Virus record (IMG/VR): IMGVR_UViG_3300027766_000002 | DNA length: 26,362 nt | Strand: one strand, 5' to 3' | DNA from: a virus | Lineage: Duplodnaviria; Heunggongvirae; Uroviricota; Caudoviricetes | Shown: one piece after another, positions 1 through 9,200 of the stretch | Numbering within the stretch: position 1 is the stretch's first letter | How the letters are laid out: each line of letters starts with the position of its first letter | Program-made: the position numbers and the translations under genes | Notes under the pieces: generated by a model | Database searches by the model: none | Told to the model about the DNA's origin: nothing | What the model saw: only the letters and a program-made list of their open reading frames with translations

Positions 1-1
1 A

Positions 2-889
2 ATGATGATGGCTCGTCGTGGCCTGATGGACGTCGCTGGCAAGGAAGAGCTGGGCGGTGGTGGTGGTGGTGGTGAACCAACTAAAGATCAACCGGGTGAA
101 CAGCCTGGTGGCGAAGGTGGCGAACACGACCCTGGCACTGATGGCGCACATAAGCAGGCACGTCAGCCGGAACTCGACGATGAATACGCAGGTCTGTCGC
201 AAGAAGAGCTGATCGCAAAACTGCGTGATGCCAAGAAGTCAGGCGCTGAGCTTTTGAAAGAGAGCATGAAGCGCAAGGAAAAACTGGCTGCTTATGGTGA
301 CATCGACCCTGAACGTGCTCGTCGTTTGGTGGATGCTGAAGCTGCGGCAGAACGTACCCGTCAAGAAGCGGAGCAAGCTGAGCTTGAGCGCCGTGGTGAA
401 TTTGACGCGGTCAAAAAGCAAATGGTTGCAGCCCATCAAACCGATCTGCAGGTAGAGCGAGATGCTCGTACCCAGGTTGAGGCTGAGAATGCCACTCTGA
501 AGGCGCAGCTGCTGGAGATGACCGTAGGTGCATCTTTCTCTGGCTCTGCTTTCTTGCGTGACAAAGCACTGATGACACCAGCTAAGGCTCGTGTGATTTA
601 CGGCAACCATTTTGAAGTAGGCGAAGACGGCAGCGTTGTAGGTTACGACAAACCAGCTGGTCAGAAAGACCGTGCGGTGCTGGTCGATGGCCATGGCCAA
701 CCTCTCGCATTCGAATCAGCGATTGAGCGTATTTTGCGTGCAGATCCTGAAGCCGACGCTTTGCTGCGAAGCGAGGCTAAACCAGGTGCAGGCTCACAAA
801 GTAAGCCAAGCGCCAAAGTAACCACCCCGGTGAACAAGTCAACGATTGACAAGTTAACTGCGGGGCTGGGAAAAATCGTTACAAAATAA
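2..889 (+). CDS. Capsid scaffold/assembly protein (true start may lie just upstream of the window)
   Basis: 295-aa ORF directly upstream of the capsid gene; Gly-rich acidic N-terminus, then long E/K/R/A-rich coiled coil. Confidence 0.7.
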   Translation: MMMARRGLMDVAGKEELGGGGGGGEPTKDQPGEQPGGEGGEHDPGTDGAHKQARQPELDDEYAGLSQEELIAKLRDAKKSGAELLKESMKRKEKLAAYGDIDPERARRLVDAEAAAERTRQEAEQAELERRGEFDAVKKQMVAAHQTDLQVERDARTQVEAENATLKAQLLEMTVGASFSGSAFLRDKALMTPAKARVIYGNHFEVGEDGSVVGYDKPAGQKDRAVLVDGHGQPLAFESAIERILRADPEADALLRSEAKPGAGSQSKPSAKVTTPVNKSTIDKLTAGLGKIVTK

Positions 890-915
890 CATCTTAATCA
901 AAAGGAATTGAAAAG

Positions 916-1788
916 ATGCCATTACTGCGAGACGAAGCTGAAAAGCTGTCTAACAACGAACTGGAACAGGGCGTAATCGAAACTATCATCGATCGCGATG
1001 ACCTGTTTGCCGTTCTTCCTTTCATGAAGATCAACTCTAAGGCGTATCTGTACAACCGCGAAGATTCACTGTCTGAAGCCAGCTTCATTGACGTGAACGA
1101 TGTGGTTCCAGAAGGCGCTGCAACGTTCACCGAGCATGTGGCTAAGCTGCGTATTCTGGCTGGCGACGTTGACGTTGATAAATTCCTGGCAACCACCATG
1201 GCCGACACCAATAGCCAGCTGGCTATCCAGGTTCGTTCCAAAGTGAAAGGTTTGGCGCGCGCATTCCGCCGCAACCTGATCCAGGGTGACTCCACCAAAG
1301 ATGCCAAATCCTTCGACGGCATTGCCAAACTGATGGCTGCTGATCAGGGCATTGTTGCCAACGCTTCCATGACCTTCTCAATGCTCGATGAGCTGGTCGA
1401 TGCCGTGAAAGATCTGGGCGCTGACTGCCTGATGGTTCGTTCTGAGCATATGCGCGCTTACCGTGCGTTGCTGCGTACCGTGAACGTCGGCCCGTCTGAA
1501 GTGATGATCGAAAACTTTGGTCGCCCAATGCTGACTCACAACGGCATTCCTTTCATCGTGAACGACTTCATCCCTGTTGTTGACGGCGCTGCCGACATCT
1601 ACGGCCTGCATCTGTCCGAAGAGAACGGTCTGACCGGTCTGTACGGTGGTGATAATGCCGGTATCGTGGTTGAGTCCATCGGCACCGTTCAGAACAAAGA
1701 CGCCCTGCGTACTCGCGTTAAGTGGTACTGCTCTCTGGCGAACAAGCACGATAAAGCGATCGCAGCGCTGAAAGGCGTTAAGATTTAA
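916..1788 (+). CDS. Major capsid protein
   Basis: 290 aa, AAGGAA SD at 902-907, position after scaffold, followed by a strong terminator-like hairpin; sequence (GVIETIIDRDDLFAVLPF...KLRILAGDVDVDKF...RVKWYCSLA) resembles HK97-fold capsids of this phage group. Confidence 0.85.
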   Translation: MPLLRDEAEKLSNNELEQGVIETIIDRDDLFAVLPFMKINSKAYLYNREDSLSEASFIDVNDVVPEGAATFTEHVAKLRILAGDVDVDKFLATTMADTNSQLAIQVRSKVKGLARAFRRNLIQGDSTKDAKSFDGIAKLMAADQGIVANASMTFSMLDELVDAVKDLGADCLMVRSEHMRAYRALLRTVNVGPSEVMIENFGRPMLTHNGIPFIVNDFIPVVDGAADIYGLHLSEENGLTGLYGGDNAGIVVESIGTVQNKDALRTRVKWYCSLANKHDKAIAALKGVKI

Positions 1789-1795
1789 TCTTAAT

Positions 1796-1815
1796 GGTAG
1801 GTGGTTACCTACCTA
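1796..1815. promoter_or_regulatory. Palindrome GGTAGGT-GGTT-ACCTACC containing a TACCTAC box; candidate operator
   Basis: Perfect 7-4-7 inverted repeat at 1796-1813; core recurs at 4735, 18102, 22346 (minus strand) and 23037. Confidence 0.4.
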
Positions 1816-1830
1816 TCAACGATCACTAGC

Positions 1831-1859
1831 AAGGGTGGGCAAGTCGCCCACCCTTTTTT
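1831..1859 (+). terminator. Rho-independent terminator after the capsid gene
   Basis: AAGGGTGGGC-AAGTC-GCCCACCCTT followed by further Ts. Confidence 0.8.
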
Positions 1860-1870
1860 ATGGAGTAAAC

Positions 1871-2080
1871 ATGGCAGACAAAAAAGTACGTATTACCGAA
1901 GAAGTGCTCTCGGATTACACGGGTCACATGTTCGGTGTGCAATTAGAGAATAGCGTTACCACCAGCCCGGTGAGTGAAGCCCGACAGAAGCGAATGCTTG
2001 CCGCCCTGCGCGGTGAGGTAGTTGAGGTAGCTGCAGCCGCACCTACAGCTGCCACCGATGCCGGCACCGGCACTGAATAA
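1871..2080 (+). CDS. Small head-associated protein, 69 aa, paralogue of the N-terminus of the next gene
   Basis: ATG at 1871 with GGAG SD at 1862-1865; the ORF-track start at 1835 lies inside the terminator. Confidence 0.75.
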   Translation: MADKKVRITEEVLSDYTGHMFGVQLENSVTTSPVSEARQKRMLAALRGEVVEVAAAAPTAATDAGTGTE

Positions 2081-2120
2081 ATATAACTTGGCCGTCTAAT
2101 CGGCCTCTATGGGGACTCAT

Positions 2121-2555
2121 ATGAAAACTGCAAAAGTAAGACTGCTCGAATCCTGCTTCAAAGCCTATACCGGCATGCTGTGTGGCATCCAGTTTGAAGA
2201 TGGCATCTCTGTATCAGAACTGCCATTTGTGGATCAGCAGCGTATTTGCTCATCTATGCGCGCAGAAACCATTGAGGGCACCAATGTGTCTCCTTCTGGC
2301 ATTTATAGCGAACGTCATGGGTTATCCGCTGACAACGTAAAAGAGACCTCTGCGCCGGTTAATGAGCGTATGGAGCGAGTGACCACGCAAGCCCATGTAA
2401 GCACTCAGCCTATGTTCTCTCGTGAAGAGCTGGAGGCGGTAGCCGATAGCGAAGGAATTGCCGGTTTACGCCAGATCGGAAATGAGCTGGGGGTAAAGGG
2501 CAAGGGCATCGTTGAGATGATTGAAGGCATTTTGAAAGCCCAGGGCGGTGAATGA
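2121..2555 (+). CDS. Head-associated protein, 144 aa, with a C-terminal short helical (Rho-N/HeH-like) segment
   Basis: GGGGA SD at 2111-2115, ATG 2121; stop overlaps next start (ATGA). C-terminal FSREELEAVADSEGIAGLRQIGNELGVKG pattern; domain call is by eye. Confidence 0.65.
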   Translation: MKTAKVRLLESCFKAYTGMLCGIQFEDGISVSELPFVDQQRICSSMRAETIEGTNVSPSGIYSERHGLSADNVKETSAPVNERMERVTTQAHVSTQPMFSREELEAVADSEGIAGLRQIGNELGVKGKGIVEMIEGILKAQGGE

Positions 2556-3385
2556 TGGCTCAGCTCGGCACGTTTAAAAGCGGCGAAGCTGTTTCGCTGT
2601 CATTCACTCTCAATGTGCTAGACGCGGCAACCGCAACGTACACCCTGAAAGACGGCCGGGCGAACATTGTGGCGGAAGATGTGCCAGTGGAATTTGAGGC
2701 TGGCCAGATGTCCGTCACTGTTGTCGTGCCAGCTGAATACAATCAGCTGGCAGATCGTGAACGGGATTTGCGTCGTTTGGTCTTGACGGTTAATGACGGC
2801 ACTATTAATCACCTCACAGAGCAGCTGTATGTTCTGATGGCAGACTTTGAGCTGGCGGTTCCACGGCATTCGTTTGCCACAATCGCCGACGCCCAGATGC
2901 AGGCAATCGACATGCTGAATGGTGATGCTTTGCTTGCCGATGGCGACAGCTTGATGCGTAAGCGTCTTATTGAGGCCACGAATCGCATTAAGACAATGCC
3001 TTTCTCAATTCGTCGAATCTTTGGTATCGATTATGACGATTACGATCGACCGCAAAACATGCTGAACGTCACCACAATGCCGTTTGGCGCAGCAGGACAG
3101 TACCGCGTTGATATGGTGGATTGGGATGAGCTGACCGATGAGGATTTTGCTGCATTCCCGGATGTCTTTAAGCGCGCTGTGATGTTGGCTGTGATCAACG
3201 AAGCGTGTGAAATTGCCAACGGCAATGATGTAGCTGCCGCGCGTGAAGATGGAATCCTGTCGGAGTCGATTGGCGAGACGACCAACATGTACCGAACCGG
3301 CAAGAGCGCACCCAAAACGGTTGCCAGAACCACTTGGCGTTTGTTAGCGAAATACACTAATAACCGGTTTATCGTTCGTCGATAG
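2552..3385 (+). CDS. Head-tail adaptor/head completion protein with N-terminal beta-rich extension
   Basis: 277 aa, coupled to the upstream gene; C-terminal ILSESIGETTNMYR resembles SPP1 gp15-like adaptors; position between capsid and neck genes. Confidence 0.55.
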   Translation: MMAQLGTFKSGEAVSLSFTLNVLDAATATYTLKDGRANIVAEDVPVEFEAGQMSVTVVVPAEYNQLADRERDLRRLVLTVNDGTINHLTEQLYVLMADFELAVPRHSFATIADAQMQAIDMLNGDALLADGDSLMRKRLIEATNRIKTMPFSIRRIFGIDYDDYDRPQNMLNVTTMPFGAAGQYRVDMVDWDELTDEDFAAFPDVFKRAVMLAVINEACEIANGNDVAAAREDGILSESIGETTNMYRTGKSAPKTVARTTWRLLAKYTNNRFIVRR

Positions 3386-3494
3386 CCAATTGTCGTGCCA
3401 GCAGCCACCAGCATGGGGGCAGGGTTGAAGTCATCCTTGATGCACCCGCACCAGCTGAATGGCGCTGGCGCTGTTTATTCACATGGAGGTGAGT

Positions 3495-3839
3495 ATGCAC
3501 GTAGCCTGGCAAACTGAACTCGCTGTGTACCGCAAAGGCGGAATGAACATCTACGGCGAGTCGAAATATCAATTTGTTAGAAGCGCCAAAGTTGGCGTGG
3601 TGAACTTCACGGAAGGTGTTGTCCAGTCGTCCGTAAGGGCTGATAGCTCTGGTAGTCGTGGCAAAGCTGACGTAGAGACGTTTAATGCTGTGTTAATTGT
3701 GCCCCTGGCTGCTGATGTTAAGCTGGATGACGTTCTGGTGATGTCTGGCACTAAGTTGCTGGTGGCGAGCGTAGAGCGTCGTTGGGGGCTTCGTGGGCGC
3801 CCTGGTCATCTGGAAGTCGGGGCAAACGTATGGGTCTGA
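3495..3839 (+). CDS. Head closure protein (SPP1 gp16-like), 114 aa
   Basis: GGAGGTG SD at 3485-3491, ATG 3495; size, beta-rich sequence and position. Confidence 0.55.
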   Translation: MHVAWQTELAVYRKGGMNIYGESKYQFVRSAKVGVVNFTEGVVQSSVRADSSGSRGKADVETFNAVLIVPLAADVKLDDVLVMSGTKLLVASVERRWGLRGRPGHLEVGANVWV

Positions 3840-4300
3840 GTTACGACGCTACAAAGTTACGACGCCAGGCCAATTCTCTCGATCAGCGTCAAAAAGCATT
3901 TAAGCGTTACCTGCTTCGCGACATGGAGAAGGTGGCTAAGGTGATGGAGCGATTGGCCAGAGCTATGGCGCCGATTGAAACCGGATCACTTGAAAAGGCG
4001 ATTTACGCGCGCGTGATCAATAACTTCTCTGAGGTGAAAGTCGAGCTGTATGTCTCCGGTGCAACATCTCGCGAGGGACACCCGGGCGTGACGGTTGGGC
4101 AATATGCGGATTACATGCACAACGATCACTACCGGCTTGGCCGATTGTCGAGAATGAAGAGCGTCACCAACCCGCCGATCGAGGGAATGCGAGCGAGGGT
4201 AGGGCGTCTCTATATGGAGCGCGCGATTGAAATGGGCGAAAAACGGTTCAGGGAAGCTGTGACAGAAGCAGCGAGAAAGGCCGGATTCACAAGGGGGTGA
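3830..4300 (+). CDS. Neck/tail completion protein (HK97 gp10-like), 156 aa
   Basis: ATG 3830 overlaps the upstream gene end; MAPIETGSLEKAI matches the APVDTGxLR motif of this family. Confidence 0.65.
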   Translation: MGLSYDATKLRRQANSLDQRQKAFKRYLLRDMEKVAKVMERLARAMAPIETGSLEKAIYARVINNFSEVKVELYVSGATSREGHPGVTVGQYADYMHNDHYRLGRLSRMKSVTNPPIEGMRARVGRLYMERAIEMGEKRFREAVTEAARKAGFTRG

Positions 4301-4301
4301 A

Positions 4302-4682
4302 ATGTTTATTGAAGTGTTTGCTAAATTTCTTCAGGACAAGAAGTTAGGCGTGATTGGTAAAGATACTTTCGCGCATCACATGCCGGCTTCAGTCAAAAGC
4401 GGAATTTTGCTGGTGAATCCCAATACCGGTATTGCCATTGACCGCGAGCTTGATGGCTTTTATCAGGATGTTTTTACAGTAATCATCAGAGAGCCAACAT
4501 TGTCTGCAGTGTCGGCCAGAGCTAACAAAATCATGGCCGTACTGCCTCTGCTTGATACAGAAGTCCAGGGCATTCGGTTTAAATTTGTTAAGCCTCTGTC
4601 TCTACCGATCATTTACCCGCAGGATGATGGATCGCTGTTCGAAGCTGGTATTCCCGTCGAATTTGCAGCATATCCAGTGTAA
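4302..4682 (+). CDS. Tail terminator protein, 126 aa
   Basis: AAGGGGG SD; last gene before the tail tube gene; typical size. Confidence 0.55.
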   Translation: MFIEVFAKFLQDKKLGVIGKDTFAHHMPASVKSGILLVNPNTGIAIDRELDGFYQDVFTVIIREPTLSAVSARANKIMAVLPLLDTEVQGIRFKFVKPLSLPIIYPQDDGSLFEAGIPVEFAAYPV

Positions 4683-4705
4683 TCATCATTAAAATAGCTT
4701 CATGG

Positions 4706-4746
4706 TTACTTTTTTAAAGTAAAAAATAGCTATATACTTACTTTTG
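4706..4746 (+). promoter_or_regulatory. Candidate late promoter for the tail operon: -10 TATACT (4733-4738), no canonical -35, upstream inverted repeat TTACTTT-TTT-AAAGTAA (4706-4722), TACTTACTTTTG box (4735-4746)
   Basis: AT-rich 108-bp intergenic region; motifs read directly. Confidence 0.45.
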
Positions 4747-4786
4747 CCGCAAGGAATGCGGCACTTAATGCAAAAAGGAGTTTGCA
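4746..4786 (+). promoter_or_regulatory. Two GGA-loop RNA hairpins in the tail-tube leader (CsrA-type sites); the second contains the SD
   Basis: GCCGCA-AGGAA-TGCGGC (4746-4762) and TGCAAA-AAGGAG-TTTGCA (4769-4786). Confidence 0.6.
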
Positions 4787-4790
4787 AACA

Positions 4791-5552
4791 ATGGCTAACA
4801 CTCATGTTAAAAATATCAAATTAGGCGCTTGCAAAGTGTGTTTCGGTGGCCAGGATCTTGGCTACACTAAAGGCGGCGTTGAAGTTGAGATTTCTACCGA
4901 AACCCTCAAAGTCACCGTTGACCAGTTGGGTCAGACCACCATTTCCGAACTGGTGCAGGGTCGTAACGTGAAAGTTACCGCTCCACTGGCCGAAAGTGTT
5001 CTGGCGAACCTAGTTAATCTGATGCCTGGCTCGACCATGTCTGAAGATAAAAATACCCTGTCAATCAGCTCCGCTCAGGGCGTCAACCTCGTTGATGTTG
5101 CCCAAGAACTGATCCTGACGCCGCAGGACGGCACCGACTTCGTGCTGACTCTGCCGAAGGCCGCTACCGCGGGTAACTTCACCATGGCCTACAAATCCGA
5201 TGACGTTCGCGTGTTCTCCGTTGATTTTAACGCATACCCGGACGACGACGGCATTCTTGGAACCATGACCAACCCAAAGCCTAATGCTGGTGACGCATCT
5301 GTCGCAGTCACTGGCGTAGCTGTTAATCCAACCACGGCAAATATTGCAGTGGGCGGTACTACTCAGCTGGCCGCAGTATTTGCGCCTACCAACGCCACCG
5401 ATAAAACCGGTACATGGGTATCGAGCAACACTGCTGTAGCTACTGTAGATAGCACCGGCAAGGTAACTGGTAAGGCTGCGGGTAATACCCAGATCACCTT
5501 CACCACCACTGACGGCGCGAAGACTGCTTCGGCGGCAATCACCGTCGCGTAA
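4791..5552 (+). CDS. Major tail tube protein with C-terminal Ig-like (Big_2) domain
   Basis: LGYTKGGVEV tube motif; C-terminal VAVTGVAVNPTT...TWVSSNTAVATVDSTGKVTGKAAG is a classic Big_2 pattern; AAGGAG SD, ATG 4791. Confidence 0.9.
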   Translation: MANTHVKNIKLGACKVCFGGQDLGYTKGGVEVEISTETLKVTVDQLGQTTISELVQGRNVKVTAPLAESVLANLVNLMPGSTMSEDKNTLSISSAQGVNLVDVAQELILTPQDGTDFVLTLPKAATAGNFTMAYKSDDVRVFSVDFNAYPDDDGILGTMTNPKPNAGDASVAVTGVAVNPTTANIAVGGTTQLAAVFAPTNATDKTGTWVSSNTAVATVDSTGKVTGKAAGNTQITFTTTDGAKTASAAITVA

Positions 5553-5558
5553 CACCTA

Positions 5559-5585
5559 AAGAGGCTCAGGACGAGCCTCTTGTTT
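5559..5585 (+). terminator. Hairpin after the tail tube gene: weak terminator and/or CsrB-type site (loop AGGAC)
   Basis: AAGAGGCTC-AGGAC-GAGCCTCTT then GTTT. Confidence 0.55.
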
Positions 5586-5599
5586 AAATGGATTTGAAA

Positions 5600-5917
5600 A
5601 TGACCAAATTACTCGATCTGGATGCAATCTCGCCTCCACAAAAAGCAATCAAATTCGGCGGCAAGAAATACCCGATCGTCGAAATGACCGTTGGTCTGTT
5701 CGTCGCTATTAAGCAGATGGAAGGGAAGGATCTCTCCGCTCTGTCTATGGCCGATCAGGTAACCTCATACGCGGATCTGGTGCAGAAGTTACTGCCCACC
5801 GTTACCCCTGAAGCACTTGAAAAGCTGTCGCTGCCGCAACTGCAGCAGGTGTTCACCTTCGCCATGGAAGTTGTTGAAGAAGAGAACGAAAAAGCTGCCG
5901 GTGAAGAGGCAAAGTAA
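5600..5917 (+). CDS. Tail assembly chaperone (gpG-like), 105 aa
   Basis: Between tail tube and tape measure; ATG 5600 with ATGGA upstream; ends in GCA AAG TAA. Confidence 0.8.
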   Translation: MTKLLDLDAISPPQKAIKFGGKKYPIVEMTVGLFVAIKQMEGKDLSALSMADQVTSYADLVQKLLPTVTPEALEKLSLPQLQQVFTFAMEVVEEENEKAAGEEAK

Positions 5918-6270
5918 TTACCCGCGATGAGTCCGGGCAGATGGTGACGGTTTCCATCGATCTCGGATTCTATTTCAGTCGTGTTGTTGCTCACTATGCC
6001 GTTTCACCGAGAGAACTACTCCAGCTGCCGTTGGCCATGTTTTGGATGTTAAGTCGAAACATTGATCGTCTCCGGGCTGAAGAGGATGTCCGCAGTTTCC
6101 AGGTGGCAAGAGTCGCCCAGGCAGATGCGGATAGCGGCAAGGCGTTCATGGAGGGTTTGCAACACCGTATTGGAAGACCAGTCGTTACCGATAAAGTCTA
6201 CGATCCAAGTTATGCGAAAGCAGACCCCGACGCCAAAGAGCAACTGATGAAAATTTTTGGCGCAGGATGA
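5911..6270 (+). CDS. gpT-like -1 frame extension of the tail chaperone (G-T fusion)
   Basis: The -1 frame is open from 5905 to 6270 (KVITRDESGQMVTVSIDLGFYF...) and has a stop at 5902-5904; no SD before ATG 5941. Confidence 0.7.
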   Translation, partial: KVITRDESGQMVTVSIDLGFYFSRVVAHYAVSPRELLQLPLAMFWMLSRNIDRLRAEEDVRSFQVARVAQADADSGKAFMEGLQHRIGRPVVTDKVYDPSYAKADPDAKEQLMKIFGAG

Positions 6271-6277
6271 CAAGGGA

Positions 6278-9200
6278 ATGTCTGACAACGTAGAGTTTAT
6301 TCTGTCGCTGGACGATAAAAAGTTCACCGCGGCAATCGACCGGGCGGGAAAACTGCTGGTCAGTTTTGGCGAGAAGGCCACAAAGCCAGCCCAAAAAATC
6401 GCAACACTTGAGCGCTCTCTTGGTTCAGTCGCCGGGATTTTGGGGACGCTCGACAAAAAGCTGGAATCGGTCGCCAACGGTCTTCAGGACTTAGGCGCCG
6501 GTTTCGAGCTTGTCTCAAAGGCCATGCGCGACACCAGACAAGAGCTGGTGGCGTTCAATGCCAACCTCAAAACCTACACCACTCGCATTGACGCTGCTGA
6601 TAAAGCCACAAAAGGGTTTCATCATTCGCTGCAGGCTGTCCAATCTGAGCTGAGTGATTTCTCCGATTGGGCTAATCATGCTGGTCGCTCTGCATCATCA
6701 TTTGGCCATGAGGTCAAACAAGCTAACACCGCAACCTCTGGCATGAGCACTCGTTTGTCCAACTCCAGCAAGAAAATGGAGAATTGGGCTGCATCGTCCA
6801 CCAAAGCCGCCACCCAGATGAAAAAGGTCGTGGCGGAGATGGACGCGCTTATTAACCGCCAAAGAGAATTGGGCAATCTGCGAGCGGATGTACGTGGACC
6901 TGGCCGTGGTGGTTCCGGTGGTCGTTCGGGTCGTGGTGGTCGTCACTCAAGCGGCGGTCTGATGGACGGCATGAGAGGCAATATCTTCATGCTCGGTGAA
7001 ATCGGGGATGCAGCCTATACCGTTCAGCAGATGTTGTTTGGTTGGCAGGTGCCAATCGTCGAAGCAGCAGCCCAGATGCAGAAGATGCGCATCTTGCTTG
7101 AAGGCATGAACAAAGAAGCAGCCAACCCGAAGCTGGCTGCGACTAATGACATGAATTACATCGTGAACATGGCTAAAACAGCCCCGTTCGCAATGGAAGC
7201 GCTGACAGACGCATTCGTTAAATTCAAGTCAGCTGGCATCGATCCCGCTAATGGCTCTCTAAAGTCGCTGGTTGACTCTGTGGCTCGCTTTGGTGGCGAT
7301 AGTGAGCTGTTGAAGCGAGCAGCTGTAGCAATCCAGCAGATGTCCGGTAAGGGCGTCATTTCGATGGAAGAGCTGCGTCAGCAATTAGGTGAAGCAGTTC
7401 CTACCGCGATGCAGGCAATGGCAGATTCCGCAGGCGTTACCATGGGGCAACTGACCAAGGCGATTTCTACCGGTACTGTCTCAGCGAAGCAGGGTTTAGA
7501 GCTGTTATTCCAGGGGCTTGATGCTCAAAGCCGTGGTGCAGCCGAAAATCTTATGCAGGCATACAGTGGGGCGCTGGCTCAACTCCAGACCTCATTCACT
7601 CTGTTTGCCGATCGTATTGGCCGTGCTGGCTACCTTGAATCAATCACTAAAGCCTTCAAAGAGTTGTCCAGTTACATGAACAGCACTGACGGGAAGGTGT
7701 TTGCGCAGGATCTGGGCGAGGGGCTGTCCACTGCGGTAAACGCGCTAATGGATATGGCGAAGTGGGCGGAGCGTAACAAAGAGCTGCTTCTCACGCTCGG
7801 CCAGACTGCTTTAGCATTAATCGGCTTTAAAGTGCTGAAAGGTACTGTGACAGGGCTGGCCACTGCAGGTACACAAATGGGAGGCAGCTTCAAAAAAGCA
7901 TTTGAGGTCGTAAACGGCGCTGGTGCGAAAACAATCAGTGTAATTGCCGGTGTAGTTAAAACATTCCGTGATCTCGGCGGCACCGCGGCGATGATCATCT
8001 ATGTAGGCGAGGCCATTAAGATGGTTCGCACCGCATGGCTGGCATTCCAGGCCGTGATTGTGGCCAACCCTGTGGGCGCAGCAATTACCGCAATTGCTTT
8101 AGCGGTCGGTGGGTTAATCACCGTAATGTCATCGCTGCGTGACAAAACCGCCGAAACAGTAGCGGAGATTCGCAAGATCCCTGAAGCGATGACAGCGGCA
8201 CAGCGATCTCAAATGACCGCTCGTATCAAGCAGCTAGAGAGCCAGAACAGCGGCGATCAGCAGACCCTTGATGCGATGAAGAGCGGTGGCCTTTCGTCTT
8301 CAGCAATTGGTGTTGATCAGAAGGCACTTCAGTCGCGGTTAGAAGCAAATAAGAAGGAGTTGGCTCAGCTTAAAGAGACCGTTGGTATGGGTGATAAAGC
8401 CCAATACGAGAACCTGGCGCGCGATATTGTCACCAAACGCCTGGAAGACGTAGACAACGGCATCAAAGCGGGGATGGCTCAGTACAGCACCACTACTCTT
8501 AAGGACGCACGCAATAAGCGCACGGTGCTTTCGCAAGACCAGAAAATGTCTCCATCTGAGAAAAGCGCGCAGCTGGAAGCAATCAACGCTGCCGATCGCG
8601 ACGCTCATCTCAAGCCATTCCTGGATGGGGCAGACAAAACCCAGAAGATCGTCGATAGCCTTGGGCAAGAGGTTGTTCGAATTACGAAGCTGCTGGAAAA
8701 CCCGAACCTGAATGACAGCGACCGCTCGCGTCTGCAAGGTCAATTGAATGGCCAATCTCAGGCATACAACACCGCGCAGGAATCACTCAGCAGTTTACAG
8801 GGGCAAATTAAGAACATCCGTGAACAATCTGGTAAGGGCTTGCAGATGCTGGATGGTTCTTATTATACCGGTGTTGGCGGTACCAAAAAGCAAGATGATC
8901 GCCTGAACTCACTGTTTGTAAATTCCCAGCTCGGTACTGGCAAACAAACCCGAATGAATCCAGACGGCACAATCATGCGTGATATTGCCGGCGATGCTGT
9001 AAAGGGTGATGCCCAGCTGAAGGCTAACACTAAGCTGCGTTCTATCTACGGCGAAACCATTAAGATGGAGCAACTTACCGCAGACCAGCGCGAGAAGATT
9101 TCTTCCATCCTGACCGCGGCAAAGCTGAAGGATGAGCAAAAAGCCCAGCGCGCAGCTGAGCGAGCGGGTAAATCTGCTGAATCAGCGGCTAAGCGTGAGG

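Noticed and set aside
53-73. GGC(GGT)6 microsatellite in the scaffold gene
   Set aside because: In-frame poly-Gly linker; triplet slippage would not switch phase, so no evidence of phase variation.
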